Assembly (NCBI GenBank): GCA_944393225.1
Contig: CALXZK010000005.1
Span: 2,767-66,766 of the forward strand
Origin: an uncultured Alphaproteobacteria bacterium
Lineage (GTDB): Bacteria; Pseudomonadota; Alphaproteobacteria; RF32; CAG-239
Length of the DNA stretch: 64,000 bases
Direction of reading: 5' to 3'
Made by a program: the position numbers and the translations under genes. The notes beneath the pieces were generated by a model that saw only the letters and a list, made by a program, of their open reading frames with translations, searched no databases and was not told where the DNA came from. This document shows positions 39,690 to 47,922 of the stretch, piece after piece; position 1 is the first letter of the stretch, and the number at the start of each line of letters is the position of its first letter.

Positions 39690-40451
39690 TTATTTTTCAA
39701 ACCATACTTTTGGATAAATCTCTTCCCAACCGGAATTGTGGCTTGCGTTTTTAACCTTAATTATCAAATCTTCATTTCCGACAAACTGTTCCACCAGCAC
39801 CGGAGGGATTACTATGTCTTTTGTTCCGACATAGTGGATTTGCGGAAGCTCTGCAAATTGATGACGATAATCAGCCAAGTTCATTGATTCATTAAGTGGG
39901 GGTAAGTTATGATATTGTGTCCACGCTAAATGGTCGAGATTTCCTGCAATGGTGATGATTTTTTTGATATTCAAACCATTTTTAGCCGAAGCCACTAAGC
40001 CTGCGATTTGCGCACCACCTGAAAACCCGATTAAAATCACCGAATGCACCCCCGCAATTTGTTTGATAGCCTCATATTCTGCATTAACGACCTCATGCGC
40101 AAATCGAGCCGTTGTCCAATGTCTTTGAGAACAAATCGGGCTTTTGACATACTGACAAGGTCTTGCAAGATAAATAACATTCGGGCTATTGTCTCCAAAA
40201 GCCAACTCACGAACCAACACTCCTTTGGGTGTCGGGTCTTGTGTGGGGCGTCCGTGTGCATTAAATGCATAACCGTCCCCTTCTATGTATATTTTATATA
40301 CCCCATTAGGCTCCGTGATTTTTTGCCAACTTGCAATTGTGAAATCTCTCGTTGCAATTTCTTTATATTCATATGACGGAGGAACGGAAACACTTTGGCA
40401 TCCGCTCAATAAAAAAATCGCAACTAAAATTTTATAAAAGCCATTTCTCAT
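39690..40451 (-). CDS. Lipoprotein alpha/beta-hydrolase (esterase/lipase, GxSxG)
   Basis: 253 aa. Lipobox LLSGCQS and the nucleophile elbow ILIGFSGGAQIAG. Confidence 0.7.
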   Translation of the reverse strand: MRNGFYKILVAIFLLSGCQSVSVPPSYEYKEIATRDFTIASWQKITEPNGVYKIYIEGDGYAFNAHGRPTQDPTPKGVLVRELAFGDNSPNVIYLARPCQYVKSPICSQRHWTTARFAHEVVNAEYEAIKQIAGVHSVILIGFSGGAQIAGLVASAKNGLNIKKIITIAGNLDHLAWTQYHNLPPLNESMNLADYRHQFAELPQIHYVGTKDIVIPPVLVEQFVGNEDLIIKVKNASHNSGWEEIYPKVWFEK

Positions 40452-40539
40452 AGTTCATTATTTGCACAAGATTGTTAAAAAAAAAGAAAATACCTTGCAA
40501 CCAAACAGTTACAAGGTATTTCATGCTGCAGATTAAGCC

Positions 40540-43242
40540 TTAAAATTTATATTTTAAGTTAACCAAACCGGTGTGGTCTTGGTAATCTTCACGGAATTTA
40601 CCTTCATAACCTAATGCAAATTCAACATTATCGTTGACTTCTGCGGTTACCCCAGCGCCAAATTCCATACCGAAACGGTCTAATGCATCACCTTCAACCA
40701 TATAAGCCGAACCGTTAGCCAAAGTTACAACTGAATTAACGTCATCGTTCATCAAGTCATAAGTGGCTGCAATTCTGGCTTCCGGCTTAATGTTCATACC
40801 GTTTTCAAGTGTCCAAGTCTTGCTGACTTTAGCCCCGATAACACCTGTTAGGATATCGGAATCATTACCGGAGACTTTTTGGTCGGCTGAATCTGTATAG
40901 CCGTCTTGGCTGATGTGAACATAACGTAAACCAACCTCAGGAGTTAAACCAAAGCCTTTAACTTGCATATCATAACCTGTCATGGCTTGCAAACCAAAGG
41001 TTTCAACATCATAATCAGCTTTAACACCAATTCCTGAAATGGTTTTGTCTTCGGAATAATCAGACCAACCATAAGATGCGATACCGTTCACATACCAGTT
41101 GCTGGGTTTATATTCGCCATAAACAAAAGCTGTATGAGTGTCAACATCGGTACTTCTCATAAAGCCGTCAATGTCGGTATTGGTATAAGCATAACCCAAA
41201 CCGATTTTGGTGTCTTCGGTAACATATTTTTCAGCACCCATTGCAACACCTGAACTATCAGCATCAAAACCATAAGATTTTGATGTGTCATCAAGTTTAG
41301 ATTTATTAAACAAGCCTTGAACCCACATAGCTGCACGTTCAAAAATATTATCACCGGAAGACATACCTTCACCACCGGTTGAAACGGAACCACCGGTTAA
41401 ACGTGTACTGACAGCTCCAAACACTTGGTTAGCTGTTTCGGTTTGTGTCTTTTGAACCATCGGTGCAACTTCCGGCGCAACCGCGGTCAATGCATCAACA
41501 TAAGCTTTCTTGTCATTTTGAGACAAATTATTTAATTTTGAGGCAATAGATTGAGCCGTAGCACTGACTGACGTATTGTCTTTCATACCGTCCCATGCTT
41601 CAGCCGTAGAAGCATTACTTGATGTACCTCCTGCATCGTTAACTACATCAGAAGCTGAGTTTTCATATTTAATATTATAAGTTCCACCATCTATTGAGGT
41701 AATTTTATAACGATTGTTAGAAATCTCATTAGTGAAGTTGTTATCAAACTTTCCGGTTGTTTCAAACAAAGTGATGTTATCACTATCCCCGATTTCCATA
41801 GTTTTACTAATTGTCAAAGCCAGTTTAGAGCCTTCATCCGCATGAATATTGCGAGCTGACAGTAAACCGTTTCCTTCATCAGTAACAGACATATTCAAAG
41901 TTGAACCAGCATCAAAAGTGATGTCACCACCGATTGTGGCCTTATTCAAGCCCACATTCATCACACCACCGTTAGAGATTTCAACACTTCCTGCAATTTT
42001 AGAATTGCTGTTTTGAATATTGATTGTTCCTGGGCTTTCAATATTTGCATTTAATGTTCCGGCCAAATTTAATATGGCACCAGATCTTAAATCAATATCA
42101 CTGTCTTCATCAACACTAGCCCAGCCCAGACTTGAATTTTCAGCAATATTAACCGTACCTCCGGAAATATCAACGGGATTTTGAGTTTCAAAAGTGGTTG
42201 AATCTTTGATATTTAATGTACCACCCGACATTGCAATATTGGTGCCCCAAATGCGGTTGCCATTACCAGACATATTAACTGTACCACCTTTGACGTTCAG
42301 CTTATCGTGTGCATACAGGCCATCACCACCTTCAATAACATTCACCGAACCGTTAGAAATGGTAATATTTCCTTGTTCAGCTCCGATATCGGTTGCCGTA
42401 ACTTCACCACCGCTGATATTGACATCACCTTTACCGTAGTTGCCGATTTCCGTACCGTTAATAGTGCCGCCGGAGATATTCAAATCACCGGTATTTTTTT
42501 TGGTCAAAGAAATACGGGCACCGTCTTTTAAGTTGATTTCACCGCCGGTAATGTTAATGTTGCCGGTTGAAACATGGTAATTATCCTTATCGGCACCTTC
42601 CGGAGCTGTACCTTGACCATCGTTTTCACCCAAGGTTTCACCGGTTTCCGAATTATAATACCAATCGCCATCATAACCGCCACGTTCAATTTTAGCAACT
42701 TCTCCGGTTAAATTAATTTTACCACCGGAAATATTAATATCACCGCTTTGACCTTCATGCAGGATACCACCATTATGCAAATCATCTCCTGCAACTTCCG
42801 AAGAATAATCCATCGTGATATTTGCATTTCCGCCTATATTTAAATTTCCCTTACCAACAAGTGTAATTTCACCACCATCTTTTATGTTAAAATTACCACC
42901 TGTGACATCTATATCTGCGGCTGTTGTATTATATTGGCCTTGATTTCCTTCGGCATAAATACCTGCACCAGCCGAAAAATCAAATGTTCCGCCACTTATT
43001 TCAAATTTGTTTTTTGTTGCACCATCATTAAGTTGTGCTAAGCCACTATCACCGGTTGCCGTAATTGTTCCTCCGGAAACATTAATATTTCCGGTTGTTG
43101 CATAGTTCTTTGCATTTTCTTCCGTAATGGTTGTATCAGAATTAATAGAAATATCTTCTGTGATATGTTCATCTTCCGCATAAACATTAGTTGCACTGAG
43201 GACGACGACTAATGCTGTTGAAAATAAAAGTCTATTTTTCAT
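40540..43242 (-). CDS. Autotransporter (type Va): repetitive Gly/Thr/Asn-rich beta-helix passenger plus C-terminal beta-barrel
   Basis: 900 aa. Signal peptide. Passenger has degenerate GGT(I/V)N... repeats. C-terminal ~280 aa have alternating hydrophobic beta-strands and end in ...NLKYKF (terminal aromatic). Confidence 0.85.
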   Translation of the reverse strand: MKNRLLFSTALVVVLSATNVYAEDEHITEDISINSDTTITEENAKNYATTGNINVSGGTITATGDSGLAQLNDGATKNKFEISGGTFDFSAGAGIYAEGNQGQYNTTAADIDVTGGNFNIKDGGEITLVGKGNLNIGGNANITMDYSSEVAGDDLHNGGILHEGQSGDINISGGKINLTGEVAKIERGGYDGDWYYNSETGETLGENDGQGTAPEGADKDNYHVSTGNINITGGEINLKDGARISLTKKNTGDLNISGGTINGTEIGNYGKGDVNISGGEVTATDIGAEQGNITISNGSVNVIEGGDGLYAHDKLNVKGGTVNMSGNGNRIWGTNIAMSGGTLNIKDSTTFETQNPVDISGGTVNIAENSSLGWASVDEDSDIDLRSGAILNLAGTLNANIESPGTINIQNSNSKIAGSVEISNGGVMNVGLNKATIGGDITFDAGSTLNMSVTDEGNGLLSARNIHADEGSKLALTISKTMEIGDSDNITLFETTGKFDNNFTNEISNNRYKITSIDGGTYNIKYENSASDVVNDAGGTSSNASTAEAWDGMKDNTSVSATAQSIASKLNNLSQNDKKAYVDALTAVAPEVAPMVQKTQTETANQVFGAVSTRLTGGSVSTGGEGMSSGDNIFERAAMWVQGLFNKSKLDDTSKSYGFDADSSGVAMGAEKYVTEDTKIGLGYAYTNTDIDGFMRSTDVDTHTAFVYGEYKPSNWYVNGIASYGWSDYSEDKTISGIGVKADYDVETFGLQAMTGYDMQVKGFGLTPEVGLRYVHISQDGYTDSADQKVSGNDSDILTGVIGAKVSKTWTLENGMNIKPEARIAATYDLMNDDVNSVVTLANGSAYMVEGDALDRFGMEFGAGVTAEVNDNVEFALGYEGKFREDYQDHTGLVNLKYKF

Positions 43243-43263
43243 ATGATTAAACTTCCTTCTTCT

Positions 43264-43277
43264 TTAATTGCAATTAA
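43264..43277. promoter_or_regulatory. Perfect 14-bp palindrome TTAATTGCAATTAA in the autotransporter 5' region
   Basis: Self-complementary 14-mer ~22 nt upstream of the autotransporter ATG, next to its AGGAAG RBS. A near-identical TTAATTTGCAATTAA lies at 43567..43581. Confidence 0.45.
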
Positions 43278-43566
43278 AAGAAAACCACCTATTTAAGGTG
43301 GTCGGAGAGTTCATCAATCATATTGCGTTAAATGATTCTCTTAGCCTTTAAAGTCAAAAAACTTCTGAACATACGCCAAAAGCTCCCCGACCATATTTCT
43401 ATGTATCGGGGATATATTTACCGTCAGCTATGATGAGTAGCCAACAATATAACGATGTTATATCCTAACACCGAACGCAATAGAGCCGATGAAAGCCCCG
43501 TACCACTAAAGGTACTGATTATGGAGCATTTCCCCATAACTGAGTTTATATTATAAACCAAGGTCT

Positions 43567-43581
43567 TAATTTGCAATTAAA
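43567..43581. promoter_or_regulatory. Second copy of the TTAATT(T)GCAATTAA palindrome
   Basis: One-base variant of the 43264 palindrome, ~300 bp away within the same intergenic region. Confidence 0.4.
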
Positions 43582-43725
43582 ATTATGGAGCTGTGCGAAA
43601 AATATTTTGTTTTGCGCGTTTTCCTTGTCAGCCAATGCATATACGGTTGTTTTATGATAAATTTATCGTCAAAACTCAATTCCTACACTCAAAACGCAGG
43701 AAAACGACGGGGAACAGTATATTTA

Positions 43726-44796
43726 CTAAAAAATCATTTCATATTTTTCAGCTAATTGATAAGTTCTAGCCTTTTTTGACTCATTAGCATATTGCAAAAA
43801 ACCTTCCGCTACCCACTGGCGCAATAAAAATCGGGCCGATGCTGCTGAAAGCTCTAAAATTTCCGCAATTTGCGTGCTGTTGACTTCCTTATACTCTGCA
43901 AACAACTCTAAAACTTTGCGTTGCTTAATATCTAATTCACGCAATATCGGGCTTTTATCTGTCGTGTAGCCTTTGGTTTGTTCATTTGCCGCATGTTGAT
44001 TAACTTTATCAAAAGCATCTGCCACACCGGCCACAAAATATTCCAACCATGAAGTTATGTCTGCTTCATTCCTGCCGTAATAATAATTATGATGCGGATG
44101 CGTTTGTAATGCATCATAATAACGGATTAAATCTTTTGCATAATATTCTTCCAAAGAATAAATTCCCTTTAGACCATAACCGCCTTTACGCATAACAAAA
44201 CTTGTCAATAATCGTGCGGTTCGGCCATTTCCGTCATAATAAGGGTGTATGGTTACAAACTGATAATGCACTATTCCTGCCACCAATGGAACCGGTAAAT
44301 TAGTTGCATTTTGCACCCATTGGCAAAAATCTCGCATCATCTCCGGCACATCTTTGGCTTCCGGCGGCAAATAAATTTTGGCTCCGGTTTCGCTATCATA
44401 AATGGCATTTTGATTATCTCGGTATGGTATTATACTTTGGCTAGCCTCAACCAAACTATGAATATGTGCAATCAGCTCTTCATCAAAAGAATGATTAGCC
44501 ACAACAGCTTCTTCCATTGCATTCCAAGCCTTATAGTAAGCCTTAACTTCCTGCTCGTCTTTTTCTCTTTGAGGAAGTTTTCGACCATTTAGAGCTTCTG
44601 CAACCTCTTTTCCGCTCAGACGATTACCTTCAATTTGCGTTGAATAGTGAATTGTGGCCACTTTTGCACTTTCTCGCAATGATAACAAAAGTTGTGGTGA
44701 TATGGGTTGATTTTCAAACTGCTGCTTTATAACTTCTATTTTTGAAAGATTTGCAAGCATCTGAGCTGTTACTGTATATTTCGGACGAAAAGCCAT
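43726..44796 (-). CDS. Fic family protein (class II, N-terminal inhibitory helix), putative AMP-transferase
   Basis: 356 aa. Fic motif HPYYDGNGRTARLL. An upstream STQIEGN matches the (S/T)xxxE(G/N) inhibitory motif. The C-terminal region is wHTH-like. Confidence 0.9.
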   Translation of the reverse strand: MAFRPKYTVTAQMLANLSKIEVIKQQFENQPISPQLLLSLRESAKVATIHYSTQIEGNRLSGKEVAEALNGRKLPQREKDEQEVKAYYKAWNAMEEAVVANHSFDEELIAHIHSLVEASQSIIPYRDNQNAIYDSETGAKIYLPPEAKDVPEMMRDFCQWVQNATNLPVPLVAGIVHYQFVTIHPYYDGNGRTARLLTSFVMRKGGYGLKGIYSLEEYYAKDLIRYYDALQTHPHHNYYYGRNEADITSWLEYFVAGVADAFDKVNQHAANEQTKGYTTDKSPILRELDIKQRKVLELFAEYKEVNSTQIAEILELSAASARFLLRQWVAEGFLQYANESKKARTYQLAEKYEMIF

Positions 44797-45094
44797 GACA
44801 ATTCCTTTAATGTTATTTTTACATTAAAATAGCATTATTTTTACATTAAATCAACATTAAAATAATTTATTTCGTTTGTTTAAGAAACACACTTTACACG
44901 CCCTTAAAAGTTATTAGCAGTGAAAATTTGCTCACAAGCCTTGATATGCCTGATTGACAGCGAATTTGTGCTAATATATTTTATTAGCAGTGCTAATGAA
45001 AACTGCTAATAACTTTGAGGTTTACACCCCAGACGATATTTTGGTAAGCTATTGATTTTACGCAAAACTAGGTTTTATGGGTTGGTATTGACGC

Positions 45095-45112
45095 ATCCAG
45101 CCACCCCAGCCA
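45095..45112 (+). repeat. attR core: duplicated 3' end of tRNA-Gln
   Basis: atccagccaccccagcca is identical to 32128..32145. It is not part of a complete tRNA here. Confidence 0.75.
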
Positions 45113-45500
45113 CAGAATACAAACCGTCAGAAATGACGGTTTTTTCTTTATATATCAAGCATTTATACTGGTTCGGATGTTTAAAAGTCAAAATAGGCTT
45201 TTTTTGAGCAACATCCGAACTTTTGTATTACCAATCTTTGTATTTCAATAGCTTACGGGATTTTAATCGATTTCGTATCTCACCTGAAAGATATTATACC
45301 TCTCCAGACTCGATATTGTTTTTGCAACTTATCGCCATCAATGACTTGAGGTTGTCATAAAAATTACATACATATTGAATTTTACCACTCCTTTTTGATA
45401 AACAGCAATATTGATAATAATAAGTATAAATTTATAATTGAATTAACTTCTATTTTAAATTACATTGTATAAAAACAACATTTACAACTAAAGGATTAAA

Positions 45501-46034
45501 ATGACAAATATAATATTTTTAGGCGGAATTCATGGCTCAGGAAAAAATTTTATATTACAACACGCAAATTTTCAAAATAACATAACTCCCCTAACTGCAA
45601 GTGAGGTTTTAAAGTGGAAAGATTTTAGCGAAAATCCTAACGACAAGAAAGTTAGTTCCATTTCTGACACACAAAATTTATTAATTTCCAATCTAAAAAA
45701 AATAATAACAAACGACGGATTTTATATACTCGATGGACATTTTGTTCTCTTAAACAAAGACGGTCAAATAGAACGCATACCTGAAACTACTTTTTCTGAA
45801 ATTAACCCCAAAGCTTTGATTATTAAAACAGCTTCTCCAAATTCAATACTTGAAAGATTAAAACAGAGAGATAATTGTACTTGGAGCACATCTCTAATTT
45901 CAGACATGCAAAAAGAAGAAATTCAATATGCCAAAGAAATTTCATTAAAACTAAATATAAAATTATATCATATTGAAGATAATCAAGAATCTTTACTGAG
46001 CCAAATAATTAATTCGGAGTTTAATAATGGTTAA
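45501..46034 (+). CDS. Small P-loop kinase-like ATPase (AAA_33 / nucleotide-kinase-like)
   Basis: 177 aa. Walker A IIFLGGIHGSGKNF and a Walker-B-like FYILDGHF. The stop overlaps the next gene's start (ATGGTTAA). Confidence 0.6.
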   Translation: MTNIIFLGGIHGSGKNFILQHANFQNNITPLTASEVLKWKDFSENPNDKKVSSISDTQNLLISNLKKIITNDGFYILDGHFVLLNKDGQIERIPETTFSEINPKALIIKTASPNSILERLKQRDNCTWSTSLISDMQKEEIQYAKEISLKLNIKLYHIEDNQESLLSQIINSEFNNG

Positions 46035-47541
46035 AGTGCTTTTAGATACAAATGTAATCATTTATAGAGAAACAGATAGAATTTTAAATGAAAATACTCC
46101 TGATTTATTCAAATGGTTGGATAAATTACATTACGATAAATTTATTCATCCTCTTACAATCGATGAAATTTCCAAATATGAAAATACTACCTTAAGAGAT
46201 GTTATATTATCTAAACTCTCTTCCTATAATTGTTTATCTTCATTAGCTCCTTTAAATCCGAAAATAGAAGAGATACTATCACTCGATAAAGATGAAAATT
46301 CTGAAAATGATACAAAAATATTAAATGAAGTTGTATCTGGTCGTGTTGATTTTCTTATAACACAAGATAAAGGAATTTACAAAAAAGCAACTTATCTAGG
46401 TATCAGTAATAAAGTCTACTCTATTGAAGCTTTTTCCGCCTATATGTTATCAGAAAATCCTGATTTAATAGATTATTCCATATTATCAGTTAGAAAGAAA
46501 AAAATTGGTTCTCTAGATTTTAAAAGTAAATTTTTTGATAGTCTAAGAGAAAGTTATAAAGGTTTTGACAATTGGCTCAATAAAAAATCGGAAGAGGATG
46601 CCTACGTATGTTTCCTTCAAGATGAATTACAAGCATTTTTGTATTTAAAAAAAGAAGGTCCTGATGAAGTTTATTCAGATATCACCCCTCCTTTTTTACC
46701 TAAACAAAGATTAAAAATAGGAACATTTAAAGTTAGCATGAATGGCTTTAAATTAGGCGAAAGATTTTTAAAAATTGCGTTAGAAAATGCGATAAAATTT
46801 CATGTCGAAGAAGTTTATCTAACAATATTCGACAATAACCCTAATGATATTCCGAAGCAATCTCTTGTCGCTCAACTAAAATCTTTTGGTTTTGAAAAAT
46901 GGGGAACAAAAGCAACTGGCGAAAGTGTTTATGTAAAAAATATGATTCCTCATTTCAATCAAGACAACCCTAAATTATCCTTTCCTTTTTATAATAGAAA
47001 CTCCGACACATATTTGTGCCCTATTCGGCCTGACTATCATACTTCTCTTCTACCAGATTCAATTCTAAATAATGAAAGTCCTGAAGACTTTTCTGAAAAT
47101 AAACCGTTTAGAAATGCAATTTCAAAAGTTTACATATCAAGATCACTTTTTCGAAATTTAAAATGTGGTGATAATATTCTTTTCTATAGAACCGGCGGAC
47201 TATATGTCAGTGTAATTACAACAATTGGCATTGTATATAAAATATATCACCCTAATACGTTCGAAGAATTAAAAGATATATGCCGCCGTAAAAGTATTTT
47301 TTCAGACAAAGAATTAGAAGATTTATGGTATCAAAAATCACAAAATGGCAAGTGGTACAAACCTTTTGTTGTAGAATTTTTATACGTTCATCATCTTCCT
47401 ACACCAAAAATTAACCTCTTTACCCTTATAAAGGAAAAAATAGTAGATAAAGCTCCTAGAGGATTTGAAAAGATATCCGTTGAACACATGAATAAAATTA
47501 TAAAGCTATCGAGGGCTAATGAAAGTTTTATTGTCAATTAA
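46027..47541 (+). CDS. Multidomain protein: N-terminal PIN nuclease, central GNAT-like region, C-terminal PUA-like (EVE/ASCH-like) region
   Basis: 504 aa. PIN acidic residues in VLLDTNVIIY, TIDEIS and VDFLITQD. Central KLGERFLKIALENAIKFHVEEVYLTIFDNN...LKSFGFEKWG looks like a GNAT beta4-alpha3 core. The C-terminal LKCGDNILFYRTGGLYVSVITTIGIVYKIY resembles the EVE/ASCH beta-barrel signature. Domain calls are by eye only. Confidence 0.5.
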   Translation: MVKVLLDTNVIIYRETDRILNENTPDLFKWLDKLHYDKFIHPLTIDEISKYENTTLRDVILSKLSSYNCLSSLAPLNPKIEEILSLDKDENSENDTKILNEVVSGRVDFLITQDKGIYKKATYLGISNKVYSIEAFSAYMLSENPDLIDYSILSVRKKKIGSLDFKSKFFDSLRESYKGFDNWLNKKSEEDAYVCFLQDELQAFLYLKKEGPDEVYSDITPPFLPKQRLKIGTFKVSMNGFKLGERFLKIALENAIKFHVEEVYLTIFDNNPNDIPKQSLVAQLKSFGFEKWGTKATGESVYVKNMIPHFNQDNPKLSFPFYNRNSDTYLCPIRPDYHTSLLPDSILNNESPEDFSENKPFRNAISKVYISRSLFRNLKCGDNILFYRTGGLYVSVITTIGIVYKIYHPNTFEELKDICRRKSIFSDKELEDLWYQKSQNGKWYKPFVVEFLYVHHLPTPKINLFTLIKEKIVDKAPRGFEKISVEHMNKIIKLSRANESFIVN

Positions 47542-47896
47542 ACCTGAGTTCGTAGAAAAAATATTTTCAGGAGAAAAGCGTTTTGAATATAGAAAAAATA
47601 TATTCAAAAATATTGCTATTGAATCTATCGTTATCTATTCGACAATGCCCGTTGGCAAGATTGTTGGTGAATTCAAGTTCAAGACTATTCATAAAAATAC
47701 CCCAAAAATAATTTGGAAAGAGACAAAAAAGTATTCTGGGATTTCAGAAGATTTCTTTTTTAACTATTTTGAAAATAAAAAAGAAGCTTGTGCTATAGAG
47801 ATTAGTGAAGTTCATAAATATAAAACACCTATAGATCCACATAGTTTGTTACCTAACTTTGTAGCCCCTCAATCATTTTGTTATTTAGACTTATAG
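47519..47896 (+). CDS. ASCH-domain protein
   Basis: 125 aa. N-terminal LLSIKPEFVEKIFSGEKRFEYRK is the classic ASCH signature. Overlaps the preceding gene by 23 nt. Confidence 0.7.
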   Translation: MKVLLSIKPEFVEKIFSGEKRFEYRKNIFKNIAIESIVIYSTMPVGKIVGEFKFKTIHKNTPKIIWKETKKYSGISEDFFFNYFENKKEACAIEISEVHKYKTPIDPHSLLPNFVAPQSFCYLDL

Positions 47897-47922
47897 AAGT
47901 ATAAAAAATATCTAATATATCC

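Larger units (their letters stand above)
32146..45112 (+). mobile_element. ~13 kb tRNA-Gln-integrated genomic island / integrative mobilizable element
   Basis: A tyrosine integrase lies directly 3' of the tRNA. The 18-bp direct repeats are ~13 kb apart. The element carries its own Rep (HUH), a primase/helicase-like ATPase and a resolvase. Cargo: autotransporter, Fic protein, esterase lipoprotein. Confidence 0.7.
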
